Shown here: piece by piece, positions 22,069 to 30,124 of the stretch | How the letters are laid out: the number at the start of each line of letters is the position of its first letter | How positions within the stretch are numbered: position 1 is the first letter of the stretch | Translations under genes and position numbers: made by a program | Origin: Burkholderiales bacterium | Lineage (GTDB): Bacteria; Pseudomonadota; Gammaproteobacteria; Burkholderiales; SG8-39 | NCBI GenBank assembly: GCA_036379875.1 | Contig: DASVFV010000120.1 | Location: forward strand, 1,223-65,222 | Length of the DNA: 64,000 bases | Direction: 5' to 3' | The notes under the pieces: generated by a model | The model's database searches: none | Seen by the model: only the letters and a program-made list of their open reading frames with translations | Told to the model about the DNA's origin: nothing

Positions 22069-24098
22069 CGGCTCTTCGCGCCCAGGTAGGTCGCGACGTC
22101 CTCGAGCAGCGCGCGCGGGTAGATCGTCACCTCGCCCGAGCTCGGATAGCACGACGCGCCGGCCTTGCCGCCGCGCGATTGCAGCCCGAAGCCGGCCGAT
22201 CCCTTGATGCGGATGCCGAGGTATTCGCGGTTGTTCCAGGGATTCACCGCGGTGGTGAAGCTGGCGTCGGCCTTGCCGGCGAAGGGGCCGTAGCTCACCT
22301 TGCGCCCGACGCTGGAGGAGCCGCTGGTGTCCACCCCGACGCCGACGCCGTAGACCTTGCCGCTCGCGCTGCCCGACACCTTCACCCCGTCCTTGCCGAC
22401 GTTGGCCGAGCCGGTGGCGGAAAAACCGCCCTTGGTCCACTTGTAGCTGAACTTGCCTTCGCCGAGGTCGTTCAGGTCCGCCGAGCCCGACAGCGGCCCG
22501 ATGCTGAAGTCGCACGGCAGGTTGGTGAGCGTGCGGCTGTCCACGCCCCACGCCATGCGATCGCGCAGGTGCGCGAGGTACGCCTGGTATTGCTCCGCGA
22601 GCAGCTCGAGGCGCAATTCGGCCATCACCGGCTCGCATTGCTGGTCGTGGTCGCGCTTCGCGAGCGCGATGCCCTCCTCGATCCAGCCGCGCTCCTGGCC
22701 GAACCAGCGCGACTGCTCCTCGAGGAACGCGGGCACCCTGCCGCCGGCGAGGAGATGCGGCTGCAGCAGCAGGGTCGACCCATAGGCCTGGTTGATCTGC
22801 CAGACCGCGAAGGCGAACGCGTCGGCCGGCTTTCCGTCCGGCCCCGGAAAGGACGGCCCGCCCTTGCGCAGGTCGCGCAGCAGGCCGACCGCGAACTCGC
22901 GCGCCGCGCCGATCTCGCCCTCGGCGAGCGAGATCACCCAGCGCGACTCATTGTCGAAATTGCGGCTCGCGGTGTTGACGCGCTGCTGGCGCGCCTGCGC
23001 CCACTGCTCGATGAGCACCTTGTTGGTCGCGCACTCCCGCGCCCGCGCGCGCAGGCGGCAGCCGCTCGAGTCGCCCTTGATCGCGTTGCATGCGTCGATA
23101 TCGCGCCAGTACTGCCGGGTGGCCTCTTCGCGTCCGAAGTGGCGCCGGTCCTCCACCGCCTGGCTGAGCAGCGACTTGCCCGGCTGGACGCGCTGGCCGC
23201 AGTCGTTGCCCGGGCTGCCGCACGGCAGGTCGCGCACGTACGCCTGGGGATCGAGGCCCAGCGCGTCGGCCCAGAACACCAGCTCGAACCCCGACTCAAC
23301 GAAGTAGTAGCTGTCGAGCAGCATCCCGGTGAGCATGAAGTACGCGGTGGCGCACTGGCTGAGGGCCATGTTGTGCTGCAAGGCGTCGCCAGGGACGCGA
23401 CGAGCGTTGCGCGCCAGCTCGCGCAGGTTCTTCGCCAGTTCCTGCGGGATCTGCGCCTCGGTGGCGAAGGCCTTCTGCCGGTGGTCGACGCTCTGCAACC
23501 GGTCGTGGCGCAGGTGGTTTTGCTTGCGCACCGAGAGCACGCGCTGCGCATGGCGCTCGAATGCCGCGATGCAGCGCCCAATCGCGTCGTTCGCATCGGG
23601 CTTGGGCGCCGGCGGCGGCTTGCCGGTCTCGATGAGCGACGCCTGCAGCTCGACGAGCGGATCGCCCGGCGCGAGCCGAACCGCCTCGCCGATCGCCTGG
23701 CGGGCCTCCGCGGCGGCGCCCTGCGCCTTGTGCACCACCGCGAGCGCCTCGAAGAGATGCGGCGAGCGATAGCCCATGGCGTGCGCGCAGGTGAGAAGCC
23801 GCAGCGCATCGGGCTTGCGCTCGAGGTAATGCAGGTAGATGCCGGCGTCGGCGACCGTCTTGCCGTTCCAGTCCGCCGCGGCCACCTTGAGCCCGAGCCA
23901 CGCGGCGAGGCGCACTTCGCCCGCGAGCAGCGCGGCGGCCGCGCTCTCCGCCGAGGGCTTCGCGGCCTTGTCCGCGATGCTCTTCTCGAGCTCGGCGCGG
24001 ATCTCTTCGGCGCGCTCCCGCGCGCCGCCGCAGGCCTGCTGCGCTTGCGCCGCGCCGGCGCCGAGCAGTGCCAACAACGCGATCGCAATCGCTTTCAC
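22065..24098 (-). CDS. Secreted Cys-rich protein of unknown function (677 aa)
   Basis: GTG start with a GGGGAGGG Shine-Dalgarno sequence. Signal peptide KAIAIALLALLGAGAAQA, about 14 Cys, non-repetitive composition and a Gly/Ser-rich C-terminal ~130 aa with alternating pattern. I recognise no domain. Confidence 0.7.
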   Translation of the reverse strand: MKAIAIALLALLGAGAAQAQQACGGARERAEEIRAELEKSIADKAAKPSAESAAAALLAGEVRLAAWLGLKVAAADWNGKTVADAGIYLHYLERKPDALRLLTCAHAMGYRSPHLFEALAVVHKAQGAAAEARQAIGEAVRLAPGDPLVELQASLIETGKPPPAPKPDANDAIGRCIAAFERHAQRVLSVRKQNHLRHDRLQSVDHRQKAFATEAQIPQELAKNLRELARNARRVPGDALQHNMALSQCATAYFMLTGMLLDSYYFVESGFELVFWADALGLDPQAYVRDLPCGSPGNDCGQRVQPGKSLLSQAVEDRRHFGREEATRQYWRDIDACNAIKGDSSGCRLRARARECATNKVLIEQWAQARQQRVNTASRNFDNESRWVISLAEGEIGAAREFAVGLLRDLRKGGPSFPGPDGKPADAFAFAVWQINQAYGSTLLLQPHLLAGGRVPAFLEEQSRWFGQERGWIEEGIALAKRDHDQQCEPVMAELRLELLAEQYQAYLAHLRDRMAWGVDSRTLTNLPCDFSIGPLSGSADLNDLGEGKFSYKWTKGGFSATGSANVGKDGVKVSGSASGKVYGVGVGVDTSGSSSVGRKVSYGPFAGKADASFTTAVNPWNNREYLGIRIKGSAGFGLQSRGGKAGASCYPSSGEVTIYPRALLEDVATYLGAKSR

Positions 24099-24159
24099 GG
24101 CGTGCCCTCCCCGGCGCTCAGTTTAGCGCCGCGCGGGTGATGTGCTTTAATCGCGGCGC

Positions 24160-25449
24160 GTGGCTACAAAATTTCTGTTCGTTTCGTGGGAAGGCCTGAT
24201 CGCCGACATCGCGTGGCAGGTGGTGAAGGAAGGCCACGAGGCGCGGCTGTGGATCCAGAACCCGGAGGAGAGCGGCATCGCCGACGGGTTCGTGCCGAAG
24301 ACCGGCGACTGGCGCAAGGAGGTCGACTGGGCCGACGTGGTGGTGTTCGACGACGTGCTCGGCATGGGCGCGCTCGCCGAGGAGCTGCGCCAGGCCGGCA
24401 AGCCGGTGGTGGGCGGCTCGCCCTACACCGACAAGCTCGAGGACGACCGCGCCTTCGGCCAGCAGGAGCTGAAGGCGGCCGGCGTGTCGATCATCTCGCA
24501 CGAGAACTTCACCTCGTTCGACGAAGCGGTCGCCTATGTCCAGCAGAACCCCAACCGCTACGTGCTCAAGCCGAGCGGCGAGGCGCAGAACATCAAGCGC
24601 CTGCTCTTCGTCGGCGAGGAGGACGACGGGCGCGACATCCTCCAGGTGCTGCAGGACTGGAAGCGCGCCTGGTCGGACAAGGTGAAGGAGTTCCAGCTGC
24701 AGCGCCGCATCATGGGGGTGGAAGTGGCGGTGGGGGCTTTCTTCAACGGCAGGGAGTTCGTCACCCCGGTGTGCATCAACTTCGAGCACAAGAAGCTCTT
24801 CCCCGGCGACATCGGCCCGCCCACCGGCGAGATGGGCACCTCGATGTTCTGGAGCGAGCCGAACCGGCTGTTCAACGCCACGCTGAAGAAGATGGAAGCG
24901 AAGCTCGCGGAAGCGCGCTACACCGGCTACATCGACATCAACTGCATCGTGAACAACAACGGCATCTACCCGCTGGAGTTCACCTCGCGCTTCGGCTACC
25001 CGGCGATCAGCATCCAGCAGGAAGGCATCCTCACCCCGATGGGCGAGCTCCTGCAGGGCCTCGCCAACGGCACGGCCAGCCGGCTGCGCGCGCGCAGCGG
25101 CTTCCAGATCGGCGTGCGCATCGTGGTGCCGCCCTTCCCCTACAACGACCCCGAGACCCTGGAAAACACCTCCAAGGACTCGGTGATCCTGTTCAAGACG
25201 CCGAGCCGCGAGGGCTACCACATCGAGGACGTGAGGAGCGCGAACGGCGAGTGGCTGGTGACCGGCACCTCCGGCGTGGTGCTGATCGTCTGCGGCGCCG
25301 GCCCGACCATGAAGCAGGCCCAGCGCCAGGCCTACAACAGGGTGCGCAACGTGATGATCCCCCATATGTACTACCGCGACGACATAGGGGAGCGGTGGTA
25401 CGAGGACAGCGATCGCCTTCACGCTTGGGGGTATTTGAGAGAGGCGTAA
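24160..25449 (+). CDS. Divergent PurD-like ATP-grasp enzyme
   Basis: GTG start. GPPTGEMGT and EFTSRFGYP resemble the PurD motifs GPNTGGMG and EFNCRFGDPE, but the canonical N-terminal GGREHA motif is absent. Confidence 0.8.
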   Translation: MATKFLFVSWEGLIADIAWQVVKEGHEARLWIQNPEESGIADGFVPKTGDWRKEVDWADVVVFDDVLGMGALAEELRQAGKPVVGGSPYTDKLEDDRAFGQQELKAAGVSIISHENFTSFDEAVAYVQQNPNRYVLKPSGEAQNIKRLLFVGEEDDGRDILQVLQDWKRAWSDKVKEFQLQRRIMGVEVAVGAFFNGREFVTPVCINFEHKKLFPGDIGPPTGEMGTSMFWSEPNRLFNATLKKMEAKLAEARYTGYIDINCIVNNNGIYPLEFTSRFGYPAISIQQEGILTPMGELLQGLANGTASRLRARSGFQIGVRIVVPPFPYNDPETLENTSKDSVILFKTPSREGYHIEDVRSANGEWLVTGTSGVVLIVCGAGPTMKQAQRQAYNRVRNVMIPHMYYRDDIGERWYEDSDRLHAWGYLREA

Positions 25450-26142
25450 TTGCCGTATCCCTTCGCGCACCCGGCGGCCGTGCTTCCCCTCGCCCGTCCG
25501 CTGGGACGCTTCGCAGTCCCCTCGGCGCTCGCCATCGGCAGCATCGCGCCCGACCTGTGGCACTTCGTGCCGCTCGTCGACCGCGCGCACAGCCACGGCG
25601 CCGAGGCACTGCTGTGGTTCTGCCTGCCGGTTGGGCTCGCGGCGTATCTGCTTTTCCATCTTGTCCTGAAGGCGCCGCTGATCGCGCTCGTGTGGCCGCG
25701 GCTTGGCGTGTTTACCACTGCCGGATTGCCGTCGCGTTCGTGGCTTGCGGTCGTTACTTCAATCGTGGCGGGCGCCGCGACGCATCTCATCTGGGATGCG
25801 CTGACACACTCTAACGATCTGACTTTGCCCGGTCCGAACTGGGCGCAGCACGCGAGCACGATAGCGGGCACTGTAATTCTTGCCGGGTGGGGATGGCGGA
25901 AACTCCGCGCGGCGCCGAAAGCGCCGCCCGGAACGGGCCTGCCGGTATTTTTTCGCGCTTGCGTGGCGCTTGCCACGCTCGGCGCAATGACGATCGCGGC
26001 TTTGTGGTCGGCCGACAGCTGGCTCGCGTTCGATCTGCCCGCGCTGCGCCATCTTTTCCGCACCGCCGGGCTCGGCGCGCTCGACGGCCTGGCGCTCGCC
26101 CTGCTCGTCTACTGCGCGCTCTTTCAGCGTAAGATGCCTTAA
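25450..26142 (+). CDS. DUF4184-family membrane protein (putative metal-dependent membrane hydrolase fold)
   Basis: TTG start directly after the upstream TAA. The N-terminus MPYPFAHPAAVLPL is typical of DUF4184. Several transmembrane segments and conserved His residues (HLIWDALTH). Confidence 0.7.
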   Translation: MPYPFAHPAAVLPLARPLGRFAVPSALAIGSIAPDLWHFVPLVDRAHSHGAEALLWFCLPVGLAAYLLFHLVLKAPLIALVWPRLGVFTTAGLPSRSWLAVVTSIVAGAATHLIWDALTHSNDLTLPGPNWAQHASTIAGTVILAGWGWRKLRAAPKAPPGTGLPVFFRACVALATLGAMTIAALWSADSWLAFDLPALRHLFRTAGLGALDGLALALLVYCALFQRKMP

Positions 26143-26167
26143 GAATCAGAACCTAGGGGAGGGAACG

Positions 26168-26944
26168 ATGCTCGCCATGTACCGCGAGCTCGAAGGCGCC
26201 GCCTACCTGCTGATGCACGCCATCCGCAGGATCGGCGTGCTGCGCCTGCCGCCCGTGGCCGAGGAGCTGGTGCGCCAGATCTACTTCACCGGCGCCGCCG
26301 CCACCGGCGGCATCGTGCTGCGCGGCGCGTTCATCGGCACGCTCATCATCGCCTACGTGATCGAGGTGCTGAACGCCGACGCGGCGCTCGCGGTGAAAAT
26401 GCTCCTTTGGGTCGTGCTGCGCGAGGTCGGGCCGCTGATCGCCGCGGTGCTGGTGATCCAGAGGAGCGGCACCGCGGTCGCCACCGAGCTCGCGCTGCGC
26501 GAGATCTCGGGCGAGATCGCGAGCCTGCGGCGCATGCGCATCGACCCTTACGACTACCTCGTGGTGCCGCGCGTGGTCGGCATGGCGCTCTCCAACGCCG
26601 CGCTCACGCTCTACGTGCAGCTGATCGCGGTGGGCGGCGGCATGTTCCTCGCCTCGCTCACCATCGACGTGCCGTTCGACGAGATGCTCTCCGCGTTCTT
26701 TCTGCTCGCGCAGCCCTCCGATCTCGTTTACTCGCTGATCAAGAGCCTGATGTTCGGCGCCGCGATCGCGGTGGTGGCCTGCTACCACGGCCTGCATCCG
26801 CGCGGGCGCTCGATCAACGTGGTGCCGCAGGCGGCGATCCGCGCCGTCACCGAGGGGCTGCTGCTCGTCATGCTGCTCAACGTGGTGTTCGCCTACCTCG
26901 TGTACGGCGTGGCGCTGTTCGGCCTGGTGACGGCAGAGCAATGA
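26168..26944 (+). CDS. MlaE-family ABC transporter permease
   Basis: 258 aa. REVGPLIAAVLVIQRSGTAVATELA...MRIDPYDYLVVPRV are typical MlaE/Ttg2B motifs. GGGGAGGG Shine-Dalgarno sequence. Confidence 0.88.
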   Translation: MLAMYRELEGAAYLLMHAIRRIGVLRLPPVAEELVRQIYFTGAAATGGIVLRGAFIGTLIIAYVIEVLNADAALAVKMLLWVVLREVGPLIAAVLVIQRSGTAVATELALREISGEIASLRRMRIDPYDYLVVPRVVGMALSNAALTLYVQLIAVGGGMFLASLTIDVPFDEMLSAFFLLAQPSDLVYSLIKSLMFGAAIAVVACYHGLHPRGRSINVVPQAAIRAVTEGLLLVMLLNVVFAYLVYGVALFGLVTAEQ

Positions 26945-27516
26945 TCCTCAGCTACGAGCCGGTGCCGGACGACGAATCGCCGGAGCGCATCGCGGTGGAG
27001 GAGCCCGGCAGCCATTGCGTGAGCTGCGCCTACAAGGAGGAGATCGTCGCCGCGCTCCAGGACCTCAAGCCGCGCAACGGCGCGCGCCTGGTGCTGTTCG
27101 ACACCGACGTCGCGGGGCTGCGCGAAGCCGAGCGCCAGGCGCTCGCGCGGCGCGTGGGCTTCGTGCCCGCCTCCGGCGGCCTGATGAGCAGCCTGAACGC
27201 GTGGGAGAACATCGCGCTGCCGCTCGGCTACCACGCGCCGCAGAAGCTGCGCGGCGCGCACGCCGAAGTGCGCGCGCTGCTCGAAGAGCTGGGCGGCGTG
27301 GACGAGCGCCTGCTCGCCAAGCTGCCCGAGGACATGACGCTCTACGAGCGCCGGCTCGCCGCCTACCTGCGCGCGCTGCTCGAGAGCCCGGAGCTCCTGG
27401 TGGTGGAGAGCCTCGGCGCCGGGCTCGGGCCGACCAAGCGCGAGCGCGCGGCGCGCTTCGACGAGGTCTACCGCAAGCGCTGCCCCGGCGGCACGTTCGT
27501 GCAGTTCGACGGTTAA
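26941..27516 (+). CDS. MlaF-like ABC ATPase homologue with degenerate catalytic motifs (pseudo-ATPase)
   Basis: ATGA overlap with the permease gene. The 191 aa align by eye to an ABC nucleotide-binding domain (LNAWENIALPL in the Q-loop region). Walker A is replaced by EEPGSHCVS, the signature by DMTLYE, Walker B by LLVVES, and no H-loop His is present. Confidence 0.7.
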   Translation: MILSYEPVPDDESPERIAVEEPGSHCVSCAYKEEIVAALQDLKPRNGARLVLFDTDVAGLREAERQALARRVGFVPASGGLMSSLNAWENIALPLGYHAPQKLRGAHAEVRALLEELGGVDERLLAKLPEDMTLYERRLAAYLRALLESPELLVVESLGAGLGPTKRERAARFDEVYRKRCPGGTFVQFDG

Positions 27517-27526
27517 GGGAGGAAGC

Positions 27527-28504
27527 ATGGAAGACACCAAAGCCAGCCCGCCGCGGCGCTTCCGCGGCATCCGTAACCAGGTGAACGCGTTCCTGCTGAG
27601 CGCGCTGATCGGCTTCGCCGGCGTGCTCGGCCTGGTGGCCTACAAGCAGGGCATGTTCGCCCAGCACACCAACGTCTATTTCCACGCCCCCGACGCGACC
27701 GGCATCAACAAGGGCATGGCGGTGCGCCTGAACGGCGTGCCCGTCGGCTCGGTGAAGGACGTCGAGCTCGCCGACCGCGGGGTGCGCGTGCGCCTCGCCA
27801 TCAACAGCCAGTACATCCCGCGCCTGCCGCGCGGCGCGCAGGCGCGCCTGTCGCGCGAAGGCTACGTCGGCGCGGCGTCGATCCAGATCCTGCCCGGTAC
27901 CTCGGCGACCGACCGCACGCCGGTGGCCGAGGGCGACGAGATCCGCTTCGTCGCCCAGAAAGGCCTCACCGACATGCTCGACGAGGTGCGCCAGCAGATG
28001 ACCCCGGCGCTCCAGGAGCTGCGCCGCGCGGCCTCCGAGATGGCCGACCCGGACAGCGACTTCCGCCGCTCGGTGAGCGCGCTGCGCGAGCTGCTCGAGG
28101 AGCTGCCGCCCGCGACTCGCGAGCTGCGCGCGCTGGCGCGCAACACCGACCGCACCATGGCCGCGGTCGGCCGCCAGGCCGAGGAGACGCTCAGGATCGT
28201 GGCGCGCGTCGGCGAGCAGACCGAGGCGCACCTGCCGGTGATCGCGGGCAAGCTCGGCACCACGCTCGACTCGCTCAACGCCACCTCCAACCAGGTGCGC
28301 GAGACCACGCGCGCGAACGGCGACGCGCTGCGCGAGCTGCTCACCCAGGCCCCGGAGCTGGTGCGCGGCAGCAACGAAGTGGTGCGCGACACCCAGGAGC
28401 TCACCCAGGCGGCGCGCCGCACGTGGCTGCTGCGCGACTACATCGAGCCCACGCAGATGCGCACGCTGCCGGTCGACAGCTTCGAGTCCTTCGGCAAGCG
28501 ATGA
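27527..28504 (+). CDS. MCE/MlaD-domain protein with long helical C-terminal extension
   Basis: N-terminal transmembrane helix, MCE core (GINKGMAVRLNGVPVGSVKDVEL), then about 180 aa of helical heptad-like sequence. Confidence 0.85.
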   Translation: MEDTKASPPRRFRGIRNQVNAFLLSALIGFAGVLGLVAYKQGMFAQHTNVYFHAPDATGINKGMAVRLNGVPVGSVKDVELADRGVRVRLAINSQYIPRLPRGAQARLSREGYVGAASIQILPGTSATDRTPVAEGDEIRFVAQKGLTDMLDEVRQQMTPALQELRRAASEMADPDSDFRRSVSALRELLEELPPATRELRALARNTDRTMAAVGRQAEETLRIVARVGEQTEAHLPVIAGKLGTTLDSLNATSNQVRETTRANGDALRELLTQAPELVRGSNEVVRDTQELTQAARRTWLLRDYIEPTQMRTLPVDSFESFGKR

Positions 28505-29352
28505 GGCTTCAGGGGTTTTTACTGGTATTGCCTTTGCTCCTCCTAGGGTGCGGAGGCCAATCCGTCAAAAACACGACCGCGGCGCGGCAGGAAGCGGCCA
28601 TCGAAGCCAATCGCAAGGGCGAGGCGTACGTGCGCCACGGCGAGCTCGAGAGCGCGGCGCGCAGCTACCGCGAGGCGCTGCGCCTCTCGCAGTCCCTCGA
28701 GGACGCGGACGGCATCGCCGCCAACGCGATCAACCTGTCCATCGTGCGCCAGCGCCAGGGACGCTTCAACGACGCGCGCGAAAGCCTGAACGCGGTGCTC
28801 GACCAGCCGAACCTGCGCTTCCCGGCCACGCGCCTGACCGAGGTGGCGCTGCGCCACGCCCTCCTCGACCTCGACCAGAACCGCTTCGCCGCGGCGGAAC
28901 GCTGGGTCGCTCGTGCCGTGCAGCACTGCGGCGAGCGCTGCCCGATGTCCGGCACCATCGACAACGTGCGCGCGCAGCTCGCGCTGCAGGCCGGGCGCGT
29001 GGACGAAGCCGCGGCCGCAGCGCGCCGCGCCCAGCAGGCGAGCGAGGCCGCAGGCGACCGCAGCGAGACGGCGAACGCGCTGCGCCTGCTCGGCATCGCC
29101 GCGCTGCGCGCCGGCGACTTCGGCGCCGCGCGCCCGCACCTCGAGCAGGCGCTCGCCATCGACCGCGAGATCGGCGCGCCGCGCAAGATCGCGCTCGACC
29201 TGCTCTCGCTCGGGCGCGCCGCCGCGCTCGCCGGCGAAAGCGAAGCGGCGCGCGCCTACTACGCCCGCGCCCTCGCGGTCAGCCAGGCCGACCGCGACGA
29301 CGCCGGCGCGGCGGAGGCGCGCGCGATGCTCGACGCCTCCACCGGCAAATAG
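28501..29352 (+). CDS. TPR-repeat lipoprotein
   Basis: ATGA overlap with the upstream gene. Lipobox LLLLGC. Repeated A-rich helical pairs (ARSYREALRLSQ..., ALRLLGIAALRAGDFGAARPHLEQALAI...). Confidence 0.75.
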   Translation: MRLQGFLLVLPLLLLGCGGQSVKNTTAARQEAAIEANRKGEAYVRHGELESAARSYREALRLSQSLEDADGIAANAINLSIVRQRQGRFNDARESLNAVLDQPNLRFPATRLTEVALRHALLDLDQNRFAAAERWVARAVQHCGERCPMSGTIDNVRAQLALQAGRVDEAAAAARRAQQASEAAGDRSETANALRLLGIAALRAGDFGAARPHLEQALAIDREIGAPRKIALDLLSLGRAAALAGESEAARAYYARALAVSQADRDDAGAAEARAMLDASTGK

Positions 29353-29492
29353 CCTTGATTGGTCGTCGTTCCCGCGAACCTTGATTGGTCGTCGTTCCCG
29401 CGAACCTTGATTGGTTGTCGTTCCCGCGAAGGCGGGAACCCCGTTTAGAAAATCAAAAAGCCAAATGGGGTCCCCGCCTTCGCGGGGACGAC
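29353..29492. repeat. REP cluster, family C: three tandem 26-bp half-REP units plus two inverted hairpins
   Basis: CCTTGATTGGTCGTCGTTCCCGCGAA occurs at 29353-78, 29379-404 and 29405-30 (one mismatch in the third). The third copy completes the hairpin GTTCCCGC-GAAG-GCGGGAAC. The inverted partner GTCCCCGC-CTTC-GCGGGGAC lies at 29470-89. Confidence 0.9.
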
Positions 29493-29508
29493 TTATTCGC
29501 GCTCCCTT

Positions 29509-29727
29509 CTAGAAATACTCGTAAGCCTCGGGCTCGGCGGGGTTCGGCTTGAGCTCGTAGCTCGCCGGGAAGTAGCCCGACGGCTCGTAGGGCGGCGCGA
29601 CCGACACGGCCTGCGGCTCGATCTGCATCTCGTCGGCGTGGCCTCCCATCCCCATCCAGCCGGCGGTGAGCGCGGCGGCGGCGAGCGTGACGACGGCGGC
29701 GGTGCGAACCAGGTAAGGGCTTTGCAT
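29509..29727 (-). CDS. Small exported protein (72 aa), unknown function
   Basis: ATG 29727 preceded by an AAGGAG Shine-Dalgarno sequence. MQSPYLVRTAAVVTLAAAALTAGW signal or anchor, with a Pro/Tyr/Glu-rich tail. The track N-terminal extension was dropped. Confidence 0.55.
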   Translation of the reverse strand: MQSPYLVRTAAVVTLAAAALTAGWMGMGGHADEMQIEPQAVSVAPPYEPSGYFPASYELKPNPAEPEAYEYF

Positions 29728-29798
29728 GGACGGCTCCTTTCGAGAGAACTGCGTCCACGCTACGCGCGCGCTGCGGCGGACGAAATGATCGGACGCAC

Positions 29799-29818
29799 GA
29801 ATAACCGGTGCGTTATTC
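29799..29818. promoter_or_regulatory. Palindrome GAATAAC-N6-GTTATTC upstream of the small exported protein gene
   Basis: 7-bp perfect arms, 72-91 nt upstream of ATG 29727. Confidence 0.3.
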
Positions 29819-29834
29819 ACCGCGGCGAGCACAG

Positions 29835-29862
29835 AAAAAAAAGAGGGCCGCTTTCGCGGCCC
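29835..29862 (-). terminator. Rho-independent terminator
   Basis: On the minus strand: GGGCCGC-GAAA-GCGGCCC followed by T8, about 25 nt after the stop at 29888. Confidence 0.7.
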
Positions 29863-29887
29863 AGGAGGAGGAGCCTTTGGAGGAGGT

Positions 29888-30034
29888 TCAGTACTTGGCC
29901 AGCACCAGCTCGTCGCTCGGCGTGAGCACCTGCGCGGTACGCTTGCGCGCCGGCATCAGGACCAGGAATGCTCCGTAGAGCAGCAGCAGCGCGGACGCTG
30001 CCTGGCCGGTGATGAACAAGTAGTCGAGGATCAT
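29888..30034 (-). CDS. Small membrane protein (48 aa), unknown function
   Basis: MILDYLFITGQAASALLLLYGAFLVLMPARKR... contains one transmembrane helix. It lies immediately downstream of the Crp/Fnr gene and is followed by a canonical terminator. Confidence 0.5.
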   Translation of the reverse strand: MILDYLFITGQAASALLLLYGAFLVLMPARKRTAQVLTPSDELVLAKY

Positions 30035-30124
30035 GCGGCCACTGTAGGACGCGCCGCTGGGAAGCGCTATTCCGGACCGCACAGGCGGCGTGTGCGATCT
30101 GCACACACCGTGCATCAATTCACG

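Noticed and set aside
29353-29430. Three identical-length direct repeats that could be mistaken for a CRISPR array.
   Set aside because: The 26-bp units are contiguous with no spacers, they are half-copies of the REP family found elsewhere in the window, and no cas genes are present.
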